64,000 nucleotides of DNA from NCBI GenBank assembly GCA_963771275.1, contig CAVYSW010000010.1, forward strand, positions 32,001 to 96,000, in the 5' to 3' direction. The stretch is from an uncultured Gemmatimonadales bacterium. Its GTDB lineage: Bacteria > Gemmatimonadota > Gemmatimonadetes > Gemmatimonadales > GWC2-71-9. The notes beneath the pieces are model-generated. The model saw only the letters and a list, made by a program, of their open reading frames with translations, did not search any database and was not told the DNA's origin. The stretch's first letter is position 1. Each line of letters starts with the position of its first letter. The position numbers were made by a program, and so were the translations under genes. Shown piece by piece: positions 46,820-54,565 of the stretch.

Positions 46820-47638
46820 TCAGTAGTAGTGCGCTACCTGCCAGTTCGCGCCGGCGCCGAAGCTCATCGCGAGGTTGTACTTGGCCTCGAACTCGAAGGT
46901 CGATTCCGGATACTGCTTGCCGTGCCAGGCCGGGTCGATGATGTAGTAGCAGTCGTTCGGTTGCTCGCGCACGGCCATTCCTTCCATGATGCGCAGGTGG
47001 AGTCCGGTCACGGGAGGGAGGCTGTTCCCCTCGCCCACGGCGAGCAGCCCGTGCTTGCGGAGGAAGTCGTACCAGATGTAGTCCGGGAACGTCGCGAACC
47101 CCCGCACCGTGAGCCCGCCGCGCGTCCAGAAGTCCCTGAACTGGGAGGGCTGGAGCCCGCGATCCTGCTTGAACAGGTCGACGTACTGCTTGCCCGGCTT
47201 CTCGAGGGCTTCGGCGATCTCGAACTTCTTCCCCTCGCGCCACGATCGCATCATGGTGTAGACCGTGGCCCAGCAGGTCCTGTTGGTCGGCTGGCCAATG
47301 ACCCATTTCTTGCCGGGGACCACGTAGACGAGCTGCTTCGCGGGTGGTGGCGGCGGCGGCGGCGTTGGGGAGGGCGCCGGGGTGTCGTAGTCGTTCAGGC
47401 GCGCCAGGGTCTTGCCGCCGGGATCGACCCGCCCGTCGGGCCACTTGTGGCCAAGGTTGACCGACTGGAAGCGCTTGATGGCGGCGATCGTCTTGCCCCA
47501 GGCGAGGCCGTCCACCTTGAGTGGGATCTGCGGCCCACCCGCATCCACCGGCACCTGGTTGAGCAGCTCTTGGACGGTGGTCGCGTCAGGCTTGGTGTTC
47601 GTCCCGCCCTGGCCGACCGACTTCGAGATGGTCCGCAC
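46820..47638 (-). CDS. Peptidoglycan-binding domain fused to a papain-like cysteine protease
   Basis: VQELLN..VDG..T..AIKRFQ..DGRVDPGGKT; poly-Pro linker; Q...CWA, H and DP catalytic pattern; GGAGG RBS. Confidence 0.8.
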   Translation of the reverse strand: MRTISKSVGQGGTNTKPDATTVQELLNQVPVDAGGPQIPLKVDGLAWGKTIAAIKRFQSVNLGHKWPDGRVDPGGKTLARLNDYDTPAPSPTPPPPPPPAKQLVYVVPGKKWVIGQPTNRTCWATVYTMMRSWREGKKFEIAEALEKPGKQYVDLFKQDRGLQPSQFRDFWTRGGLTVRGFATFPDYIWYDFLRKHGLLAVGEGNSLPPVTGLHLRIMEGMAVREQPNDCYYIIDPAWHGKQYPESTFEFEAKYNLAMSFGAGANWQVAHYY

Positions 47639-47802
47639 GAGCCTTGCCTCCGTCGCCGGCCCACGGTTCGATGGGCCAGCCCGCAGCCGCGCGCGACGTT
47701 GCCGAAAAGTGGACCGAGCTGACCGCTGGGAATGGGTACGTTGCGTCAGAGAGGGCGGTGGGGCAAGGCCGGCCATCGGGGCCCGGCGCGCGGTGCGGCG
47801 GA

Positions 47803-47886
47803 CGGAGGGCGAGGGACTCGAACCCCCAAGGGCTTGCGCCCAGCGGTTTTCAAGACCGCCGCCTTACCAGTTAGGTCTAGCCCTCC
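47803..47886 (-). tRNA. tRNA-Ser(TGA)
   Basis: Acceptor GGAGGGC/GCCCTCC with G73; anticodon arm GCGGT-CTTGAAA-ACCGC; variable arm GGGC-GCAA-GCCC; TTCGAGT loop. Confidence 0.93.
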
Positions 47887-47946
47887 CGCCCGCAAACCTA
47901 ATGCGCGCCTCGCGGAGTCGGGAGGTTAGGGGGGCGTTCGCCTCTC

Positions 47947-50106
47947 CTACAGCTTCTGGAGCAGGGTCTGGAACCGCGGGTCCTCGCGGATGGCGTCCAG
48001 GTCGCTGTCGTGAACCAGCCACTCCCGGTGGCCGAATCCGTTGGCGATCGCCTTGTCGAGGCAGCCGATCGCCTCGTCCCGCATCCCGCCGAGCGAGTAC
48101 ACGCACGCGACGTTGTACAACACGCCCGGATCCGTGGGATCGATGGCGTACGCCCGCCCCACCCAGTCGAGCGCGCGCGCGCGCTCGCCCAGCTGCATCA
48201 GGGCGCCGCCCGCGAGGTACAGCGCCCGGGCGTCGTCGGGGTTCAGCTCGAGGTGCCGCTCGGCCACCTGAAGCCCGCGCCGCAGCACGGCCTTCGCCTC
48301 GTCGCGACGCCCGAGGCTGTTGAGCGGCGTCTGCATCAGGAGCAGGGCCTGGTAATCCTCCGGGCGGACCCGCGAGGCCTCCTCGTACTGCCGCACCGCG
48401 TCCTCCGCCCGCCCCTCCTGAAACAGCGCCCGGGCGTACAGGTAGTGCGCCTCGTAGAGCTTGGGATTCAGGCGGATGGCCGTCTCGAATTCAGGCCGCG
48501 CCTCCTGGTACTGGCGGTTGAGGGCCAGGGCGAACCCGCGGGACGCGTGGGCCTCGGCCAGGTCGGGATCCAGCTCCAGCGCCTGGCGGCTCGCCGAGTC
48601 GGCGCCGTCCAGATTGGCCTTGCTGCCGTCCCAATACATGTAGAGGAAGGCGCAGCAGTCGGCGAGACCGGCGTACGCCAGCCCGAACCGGGGATCGATC
48701 TCGATCGCCCGCTCGAACATCCGGCGCGCGGACTGCATCCCCGTGCGGCGGAACTGGTGAAAGTACTGGCGGCCGCGGAGGTAGTACTCGTAGGCCTGGA
48801 CGTTCTCGGTCGGCACCCGCTCGATGGCGCGCTTCTCGTCCTCGCTCAGCATCACGCGCAGGGCCTTGACGATGTTCTCGGCAATCTCGTCCTGGATGGC
48901 GAACACGTCCTCCAGCTGCCGATCGTACCGCTCGGACCACAGCCGGTAGCCGTCGGCCACGTTGATGAGCTGCGCCGTCACGCGGAGCCGGTCGCCCGCC
49001 TTGCGCACGCTCCCTTCGAGCACGGTCGCGACCTTGAGCTTGCGGCCGATCTCGCCCATGTCCTCGCTCTTGCCCTTGAAGGCGAAGGACGACGTGCGGG
49101 CGGCCACCTGGAGCGCTTGGATCTTGCTCAACGCGTTGATGATCTCCTCGGCGATGCCGTCGCTGAAGTACTCGTTCTCGGCATCGGCGCTCATGTTGAC
49201 GAACGGCAACACGGCAATGGACCGGCTCCTCCCGGACGCCGCGGGCGCGCCGGGCGGCGTCGAGGTTCCGCCGGGCCACGTGAGTGCGTGCGCCAGCTGC
49301 GCCGCGGTCGCGAACCGCGCCTCGGCCACCTTCTCGAGACACGTGAACACCGCGCTCTCGAGCCAGCCCGGGACGTCCTCGCGGTGCTCGTGGATCGGGC
49401 GCGGCGGATCGGTGAACAGCTTCGTGATGATGGCCTGGACCGTGGGGCCGGTGAACGGCGGCGCGCCGGCGACCATCTCGTACAGCATGGCGCCGAGCGA
49501 GTAGATGTCGGTCCGGCCGTCCAGCTCGGGCTCGCCGCTCGCCTGTTCCGGACTCATGTAGGCCGGCGTGCCGACGGCGGTGCCGGTTTGGGTGAGGGTG
49601 TCGGCGGCGGCGGCGGCGCTCACCGCCTTGGCGATCCCGAAGTCGGTGACCATCGCCTCGTCTTCGTGCAGCATGACGTTCTCGGGCTTGATGTCCCGAT
49701 GCACGATCTGTTGACGGTGGGCATAGTCGAGGGCGGACGCCACGCCGCGGGCGAAACGCACGGCATCCTCGAGCGGGAGCCGATGCTCCCGGTCGAGCCG
49801 CTGGCGCAGGGACTCGCCGGGGATGAACGGCATGACGTAGTAGAGCAGGTCGCCGGCCTGACCGGAATCGTAGAGCGGCACGATATGCGGGTGCTGGAGC
49901 CGCGCCGCGATCTGGATCTCCCGCAGGAACCGCTCCGGCCCGAGCGCGACGGCGAGCTGCGGGTGCAGCACCTTGAGCGCGACCGGCCGTCCATGGCGGC
50001 GATCCTGTGCCAGGAACACGGTGGCCATGCCGCCGCGACCCACCTCCCGCTCGATGGTGTAGCGGTCGGCGGTGGACCTGCGGAGCTGGTCGAGGACGTC
50101 CGGCAT
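47947..50106 (-). CDS. Hanks-type Ser/Thr kinase with TolB-like and TPR domains
   Basis: GRGGMA, VALK, HRDIKPEN, DFG and YMSPEQ; SIAVLPF..EGSVR; TPR repeats. Confidence 0.96.
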   Translation of the reverse strand: MPDVLDQLRRSTADRYTIEREVGRGGMATVFLAQDRRHGRPVALKVLHPQLAVALGPERFLREIQIAARLQHPHIVPLYDSGQAGDLLYYVMPFIPGESLRQRLDREHRLPLEDAVRFARGVASALDYAHRQQIVHRDIKPENVMLHEDEAMVTDFGIAKAVSAAAAADTLTQTGTAVGTPAYMSPEQASGEPELDGRTDIYSLGAMLYEMVAGAPPFTGPTVQAIITKLFTDPPRPIHEHREDVPGWLESAVFTCLEKVAEARFATAAQLAHALTWPGGTSTPPGAPAASGRSRSIAVLPFVNMSADAENEYFSDGIAEEIINALSKIQALQVAARTSSFAFKGKSEDMGEIGRKLKVATVLEGSVRKAGDRLRVTAQLINVADGYRLWSERYDRQLEDVFAIQDEIAENIVKALRVMLSEDEKRAIERVPTENVQAYEYYLRGRQYFHQFRRTGMQSARRMFERAIEIDPRFGLAYAGLADCCAFLYMYWDGSKANLDGADSASRQALELDPDLAEAHASRGFALALNRQYQEARPEFETAIRLNPKLYEAHYLYARALFQEGRAEDAVRQYEEASRVRPEDYQALLLMQTPLNSLGRRDEAKAVLRRGLQVAERHLELNPDDARALYLAGGALMQLGERARALDWVGRAYAIDPTDPGVLYNVACVYSLGGMRDEAIGCLDKAIANGFGHREWLVHDSDLDAIREDPRFQTLLQKL

Positions 50107-50115
50107 GAAGGGGGG

Positions 50116-50121
50116 ATTATA
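50116..50121 (-). promoter_or_regulatory. -10 box TATAAT upstream of the kinase gene
   Basis: Perfect TATAAT 9 nt before the ATG; no obvious RBS. Confidence 0.5.
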
Positions 50122-50432
50122 CCCGAGGGAGGACCGGAGCACGAGGGGCGAGGGGGACTGCGCGCGGGGTTTCGCTCATCCTCGCGATCCTCCGATATCA
50201 GGACGGGGCGGTGACCTGCATAGCATGGCCGGGAGAGTGTCCGGCCCCACCGAACGCCTCGCTTGACGTCTCCTCCGTGACCGCCGCCTGCTTGGCCTCA
50301 AGTTCCGCCGCCAGCGCTGGAACGATGACGTTCGCTCCGGCTGTCAGCCGTATCATCGACCTGCGGCGCGGCAGCGCTTGCCGAGTCACGCGTCCTCGCC
50401 TTCGGGTTGCCAGGGCTCGCAGCCGATGAGGT

Positions 50433-50516
50433 GCCGGTGTGGCGAAACCGGCAAACGCGGAGACCCGGTAAGCCTCTGGGCTTCGGCCCTTACCGGTTCG
50501 AATCCGGTCGCCGGCA
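50433..50516 (+). tRNA. Atypical type II tRNA-like gene: Leu-like body with anticodon GGT (Thr)
   Basis: Acceptor GCCGGTG/CGCCGGC with A73; D-arm GCG-AAACCGGCAAA-CGC; anticodon arm GAGAC-CCGGTAA-GCCTC; variable arm GGGC-TTCG-GCCC; T-arm ACCGG-TTCGAAT-CCGGT. Confidence 0.85.
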
Positions 50517-50608
50517 ACCGCCGCACCATGGGCCGAGTTGCATCGGGAGCCTCGCCGAGCGTACACTACCCGAACTTGCCGGGTCTCCGCGTGGCAGGCC
50601 GCCATGCT

Positions 50609-50650
50609 CAACGAGCCGGGGGATCATCTCCTGGCTCGTTGTTCTTCCTT
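50609..50650 (+). terminator. Intrinsic terminator-like hairpin
   Basis: CAACGAGCCGGGGGA / TCTCCTGGCTCGTTG stem followed by TTCTTCCTT. Confidence 0.75.
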
Positions 50651-50780
50651 CGTCGCCACTCGCGGAGCTGCACCGAGCCCGCGAGGTAGACGGCGCCTAC
50701 CACGACACGCCGGAGCAGCACACCCGCGACGCCACCCGGACCGCCACGCTGGAAGCTCGCGCCCTCATCCGGCCCTACGT

Positions 50781-50822
50781 CCCCCCTCTCCGCGAACGCG
50801 GAGAGGGGGCCAGGGGGTGAGG
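50781..50822 (-). repeat. BoxC/REP-like palindromic repeat at the DUF559 3' end
   Basis: Minus strand CCTCACCCCCTGGCCCCCTCTCCGCG-TT-CGCGGAGAGGGGG. Confidence 0.75.
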
Positions 50823-50847
50823 CCAGGCCACGACCCGCCAAGGGACC

Positions 50848-52173
50848 TCACGCCGCGCGCGATCTCCCCCGCCGCACCCCCGCATACACCGGCACCCCGG
50901 CCAGCAGCAACACGCAGCCCCAGAACACCGTGTCTCCCCCTGAGCCGACGATGGCCCAGACCGAGTAGAGCAACGCCAGCAGCGCCACGGCGAGCGCGTT
51001 GGCGAGCTGCGCGCGGCTCAGCCGCTTCCGTTCCCTGAAGTGCATCAGCGCCAGCGCCGCGGTGGAGAACGCGTACGGCACCAGCGTCGTGAGCGTCGCC
51101 AGCAGGATGATGAACGTGAACTCGGCCACCAGGCCCTTGGTGAAGTTCATGCCGACGATCAGCGTCACGAGCACGCTCGAGATGACGAGTGACGCCACGG
51201 GCGTGCCGCGTGCGGACCGGCGGCCGAGCACCGGCGGCAGCACACCGTCCACCGCCGCCGCCAGCGGGAGCTGTCCCTGGAGCAGAATCCAGCCGTTGAG
51301 CGCGCCGAAGCACGAGATCGCCGCGCCGGCCGCGACCGCGTGCGCCGCCCACGGCCCCCACATGCTGCTCGCCGCGTCGGCGAACGGCGCGGTGGACGTC
51401 GCGAGCGTCGCGGACGGAATCACGCCCATCACCGCGACCGTGCCCAAAATGTAGACCGCCGCCGCGAGCACGGTGCCGAGTAGGGTCGCCCGTGGGATCG
51501 TGCGCTCGGGCCGCTCGACCTCGCCCGCGGGAATGGTCGCCGATTCCAGGCCGAGGAACGCCCACAGGGTGAGCGCCGCCGTGGCGGACACGGCGGACAG
51601 CGTGGAGCGCCCGCTCGGGTTGAACGGGGTGAAGTTGTCCCAGTGGATGAAGGCCAGGCCGATGGTGCCCACCGCGACGAGCGGCAGCAGCTTGAGCACG
51701 GTGGTGACCAGCTGCACGCCGCCCGCCTCGCGTACCCCCCGCGCGTTGACCCACGTGAGCAGCCAGATCGCCGCCAGCGCGGCGGCGGCACCCAGGGCCG
51801 GACTCGTCGCCAGCGGCCGCCAGAAGAAGCCCAGGTACCCCACCATGCCGACGGCGATCGCCGCGTTTCCCACACAGGTCGAGATCCAGTAGCCCCACGC
51901 CACCAGGAACCCGGCGAACTCGCCGAAGCCGGCCCGCGTGTACGCATACGGCCCGCCGGCCCTGGGGATCATGCGCGCGAGCCGCGCGAACGCTATCGCG
52001 AGGAGCACGGCGCCGGTCGACGTGAACAGCCAGCCGATGAGGCTGATGCCGCCGTACGGCCCGAGCGAGGCAGGGAGCAGGAAGACCCCCGACCCGATCA
52101 TGTTGCCCACCACCAGGGCCGTGGCCATCCACAGGCCGAGCTTGCGCGATGTGGTCGCGCTCGGGGTGGTCAC
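50848..52173 (-). CDS. APC-family amino acid permease (AdiC/PotE-like)
   Basis: GNMIGSGVFLLP, GGPYAY and WAFLGLESA motifs; about 12 TMs. Confidence 0.93.
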   Translation of the reverse strand: MTTPSATTSRKLGLWMATALVVGNMIGSGVFLLPASLGPYGGISLIGWLFTSTGAVLLAIAFARLARMIPRAGGPYAYTRAGFGEFAGFLVAWGYWISTCVGNAAIAVGMVGYLGFFWRPLATSPALGAAAALAAIWLLTWVNARGVREAGGVQLVTTVLKLLPLVAVGTIGLAFIHWDNFTPFNPSGRSTLSAVSATAALTLWAFLGLESATIPAGEVERPERTIPRATLLGTVLAAAVYILGTVAVMGVIPSATLATSTAPFADAASSMWGPWAAHAVAAGAAISCFGALNGWILLQGQLPLAAAVDGVLPPVLGRRSARGTPVASLVISSVLVTLIVGMNFTKGLVAEFTFIILLATLTTLVPYAFSTAALALMHFRERKRLSRAQLANALAVALLALLYSVWAIVGSGGDTVFWGCVLLLAGVPVYAGVRRGRSRAA

Positions 52174-52180
52174 GGGACGA

Positions 52181-53077
52181 TCACCGGGCGTGCGCCGCGC
52201 CGTCCACCAGGGCCCGCAGCGCGGCGATGTGCGCCGGCGTCGTGCCGCAGCAGCCGCCGATGATCGCGACACCGGCGTCGATCAGTCCGCGCGCCCTGTC
52301 GGCCATGAACGCGGGGGTCTCGTCGTACACGGTGGTGTCGCCCACCATGCGTGGCAGCCCCGCGTTGGGCTGGATGAGGAGCGGGAGCGGCGTGTGCCGG
52401 CGGAACTCCCGCGCGATCGCGACCATGTGCTCGATGCCCGTACCGCAGTTGGAGCCGATCACGTCGGCGCCGGCGTCTGCCAGGCCCGCCGCCGCGGCCG
52501 CGACGCTCACCCCCATGATCGTAAAGTAGCCCCGTGGCGTGGGATCGAACGTCATCGTGGCGAGCACCGGGATCGCCGCGGACACGTCCTTCGCCGCCCG
52601 GATGGCGAGCGTCGCCTCCGCGAGGTCCGTCATCGTCTCGATGCAGACGCAGTCCACGCCGGCCGCGATCAGCGCCGTCATCTGCCGGCGAAAGCCCTCA
52701 TACATGGCGTCCCGGGTCGTGTCGCCGTACGGCTCGAGCAATCGGCCGGACGGTCCGCACGATCCCGCGACGTAGGCCCGATCGCCCGCCACCCGGCGCA
52801 CGGCCGCGACGGCCGAGCGATTGAGCGTCTCCGTCTCGTGCTCCAGGCCGTGGAGCGCGAGCTTGAGCGGCGAGCCGCCGAACGTGTTGGTCTCGAGGAG
52901 GTCGGCCCCGGCGTCGAGGTAGAGCCGCGCGATCTCCTCCAGGACGCCGGGCCGCGACAGCGTGATCGTCTCGGGTGGCTGGCCGGGCTCGAGGCCGCGG
53001 GCCAGGAGCATCGTGCCCATCGCCCCGTCACCCACGAAGCGCTCGCCGGCGGCCAGACGCTCCAGCAGCGGCTGCAC
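52181..53077 (-). CDS. Homocysteine S-methyltransferase domain protein (stand-alone MetH N-domain)
   Basis: DGAMGT, TNTFG, ETM, GSNCG, PNAGLP and GGCCGTTP motifs. Confidence 0.93.
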   Translation of the reverse strand: MQPLLERLAAGERFVGDGAMGTMLLARGLEPGQPPETITLSRPGVLEEIARLYLDAGADLLETNTFGGSPLKLALHGLEHETETLNRSAVAAVRRVAGDRAYVAGSCGPSGRLLEPYGDTTRDAMYEGFRRQMTALIAAGVDCVCIETMTDLAEATLAIRAAKDVSAAIPVLATMTFDPTPRGYFTIMGVSVAAAAAGLADAGADVIGSNCGTGIEHMVAIAREFRRHTPLPLLIQPNAGLPRMVGDTTVYDETPAFMADRARGLIDAGVAIIGGCCGTTPAHIAALRALVDGAAHAR

Positions 53078-53078
53078 G

Positions 53079-53717
53079 TCAGCGCCGGCCCACGAGGTCC
53101 TTCACCACGTCTACCGCGTTCCCGGCATCGAACCCGTAGGCGTCGGCACCGATCGCGCGGGCGAACGCCTCCGTCACCGGCGCCCCGCCGACGATGGTGC
53201 GCACGGTGCCGTCGAGTCCCTCGCGCTTGAGCAGCTCGACCACCTCCCGCATGGCGGGCATCGTCGTCGTGAGCAGCGCCGACATCCCGATCACCGACGC
53301 GCCGTGCTCCCGCGCCGTCGCGACCATCTTGGCCGGCGCCACGTCATGGCCGAGGTCGATGACGTCGAAGCCCGCCCCCTTGAGCATGATGCCCACCAGG
53401 TTCTTGCCGATGTCGTGCAGATCCCCGCGCACCGACCCGATCACCACCTTGCCGAGCGCGGGGATCCCGTCGCGGATCAGCAGCGGCTTGAGCAGGTCCA
53501 TGCCGGCGTACATCGCGCGCGCCGCGAGCAGCACGTCGGGCAGGAAGATCTCGTGGTCCCGGAATCGGTCGCCCACCACCGTCATGCCGGCGATCAGCCC
53601 GTCGTCGAGGATCGTCTTGGGCGGGATCCCGTCAACGATGGCCCGGCTCGTGAGGTCGCCGGCGCGCGTATGGTCGCCGGCGATGATGGCAGCTGAAAGG
53701 TCGCTGAGGAGAGTCAT
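53079..53717 (-). CDS. Corrinoid (cobalamin-binding) protein
   Basis: Cap domain, then GDLHDIGKN, SALLTTT and VGGAP motifs. Confidence 0.95.
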   Translation of the reverse strand: MTLLSDLSAAIIAGDHTRAGDLTSRAIVDGIPPKTILDDGLIAGMTVVGDRFRDHEIFLPDVLLAARAMYAGMDLLKPLLIRDGIPALGKVVIGSVRGDLHDIGKNLVGIMLKGAGFDVIDLGHDVAPAKMVATAREHGASVIGMSALLTTTMPAMREVVELLKREGLDGTVRTIVGGAPVTEAFARAIGADAYGFDAGNAVDVVKDLVGRR

Positions 53718-53723
53718 GGGGCT

Positions 53724-53849
53724 CCGTTAGCCGTTGGCCGTTAGCCGTTGGCCGTTAGCCGATGACCGATTGCCGATTGCCGATTGCCGTTCGCGACCTG
53801 CGATTGCGAACCGATACCCATCGGCTAGCGGCCATCGGTATTCGGCTAT
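53724..53849. repeat. Opposed heptamer arrays
   Basis: CCGTTAG/CCGTTGG x5, CCGATGA, CCGATTG x3, then CGGCTAG CGGCCAT CGGTATT CGGCTAT. Confidence 0.95.
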
Positions 53850-54565
53850 CGTCTCGACAGCGCCAGCGCCCTGAGTCGCTCGCGGCACGTCTTGGTCTCG
53901 CACCGACCGCAGAAGTCGTAGGTCGGCGGGAACCGGTGGATGGCGCGCGGCCCGGCGAGGATCACGCCGGAAACCGACTTGAGCGGCTGCATCAGGCAGC
54001 TCTCCGTGAGCGTGAGGCCGACGACCTCGGGCCGGAGGTGGGCGAACAGCCGCTTCTGGCCCGTGACGTCCCACCCGCAGTATCCCGGACTGTAGCGCAG
54101 CGCCGCCCCATCGGGGGTCGTCCAGCCGCGGTCGCGCAGCGTGCCTTCGAACCGGCGCTCGGCGACGTCGGCGGCCGCGTCTGCCGCGACCGACGCCATC
54201 GCGTCCAGCATGTACGCCAGCGCGAAGTCCTGCGCCGCGAACCGCTCACTCAGGGTCTCGGTCACGCGCGGCCCCAGGGTCACGGCGAACAACGCCAGAT
54301 GCTCCGCCCGCGGGAAGATGTCGGCGACCGGCGAGTCGGGCTCGTTCCTGCCCTCGCCCCGGTACACGGCCTCGAACTCGGCGGGCGTGACGTCCGCGAG
54401 CACCCCGGCGGGTGCCACGCTCTCGGCGAACAACTCCGCGGCCGCCCCATAGAGCCGCTCGATCCGGTCGGAGACGTCGGCGCCGGCCGGGATGCCCACC
54501 TGCCGGAGCACCTCGCTCCGATCTGGGGCGATGTCGGCCTGCGCCAGCTCGACGATGGCGCTCAC
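53846..54565 (-). CDS. Stand-alone B12-dependent methionine synthase activation-domain-like protein
   Basis: FAVTLG, RYSPGY and MQPLKSVSG motifs; C-terminal CxxCxxxxC. Confidence 0.85.
   Translation of the reverse strand: MSAIVELAQADIAPDRSEVLRQVGIPAGADVSDRIERLYGAAAELFAESVAPAGVLADVTPAEFEAVYRGEGRNEPDSPVADIFPRAEHLALFAVTLGPRVTETLSERFAAQDFALAYMLDAMASVAADAAADVAERRFEGTLRDRGWTTPDGAALRYSPGYCGWDVTGQKRLFAHLRPEVVGLTLTESCLMQPLKSVSGVILAGPRAIHRFPPTYDFCGRCETKTCRERLRALALSRR

Larger units (their letters stand above)
50225..50820 (+). pseudogene. DUF559 (Vsr-like) endonuclease pseudogene interrupted by a tRNA-like cassette
   Basis: N-part TERLA*RLLRDRRLLGLKFRRQ (to 50314; Trp codon to TGA) and C-part AELH..EVDGAYHD..Q..RD..RT..LEAR (50662-50760). 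Confidence 0.8.

Noticed and set aside
50141..50160. att-site copy of the tRNA-Ser(TGA) 3' end
   Set aside because: Only a loose G-rich similarity, on the wrong side of the tRNA, and no integrase
50264..50266. In-frame TGA as selenocysteine
   Set aside because: It occupies a conserved Trp position in an otherwise decayed DUF559 gene; TGG to TGA is simpler
50433..50516. tRNA-Sec, tRNA-Tyr(GTA) or an allo-tRNA
   Set aside because: The fold is 7/5 with A73 and no UCA anticodon; the GTA register needs two C.C mismatches; allo-tRNAs have 8/4 or 9/3 folds
50433..50641. 6S RNA, Y RNA, tmRNA or cobalamin riboswitch
   Set aside because: No 6S-like central bubble or motifs seen; no Ro60/rtcB nearby; no tmRNA GGGG/G3.U70 acceptor; AGCCAGGAGA is just the terminator arm. 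An Rfam scan would be decisive
50303..50658. Target-site duplication TCCGCCGCCA / TTCGTCGCCA around the cassette
   Set aside because: Only 8 of 10 match, and the right copy is equally explained as DUF559 codons (FVA); left unresolved rather than claimed
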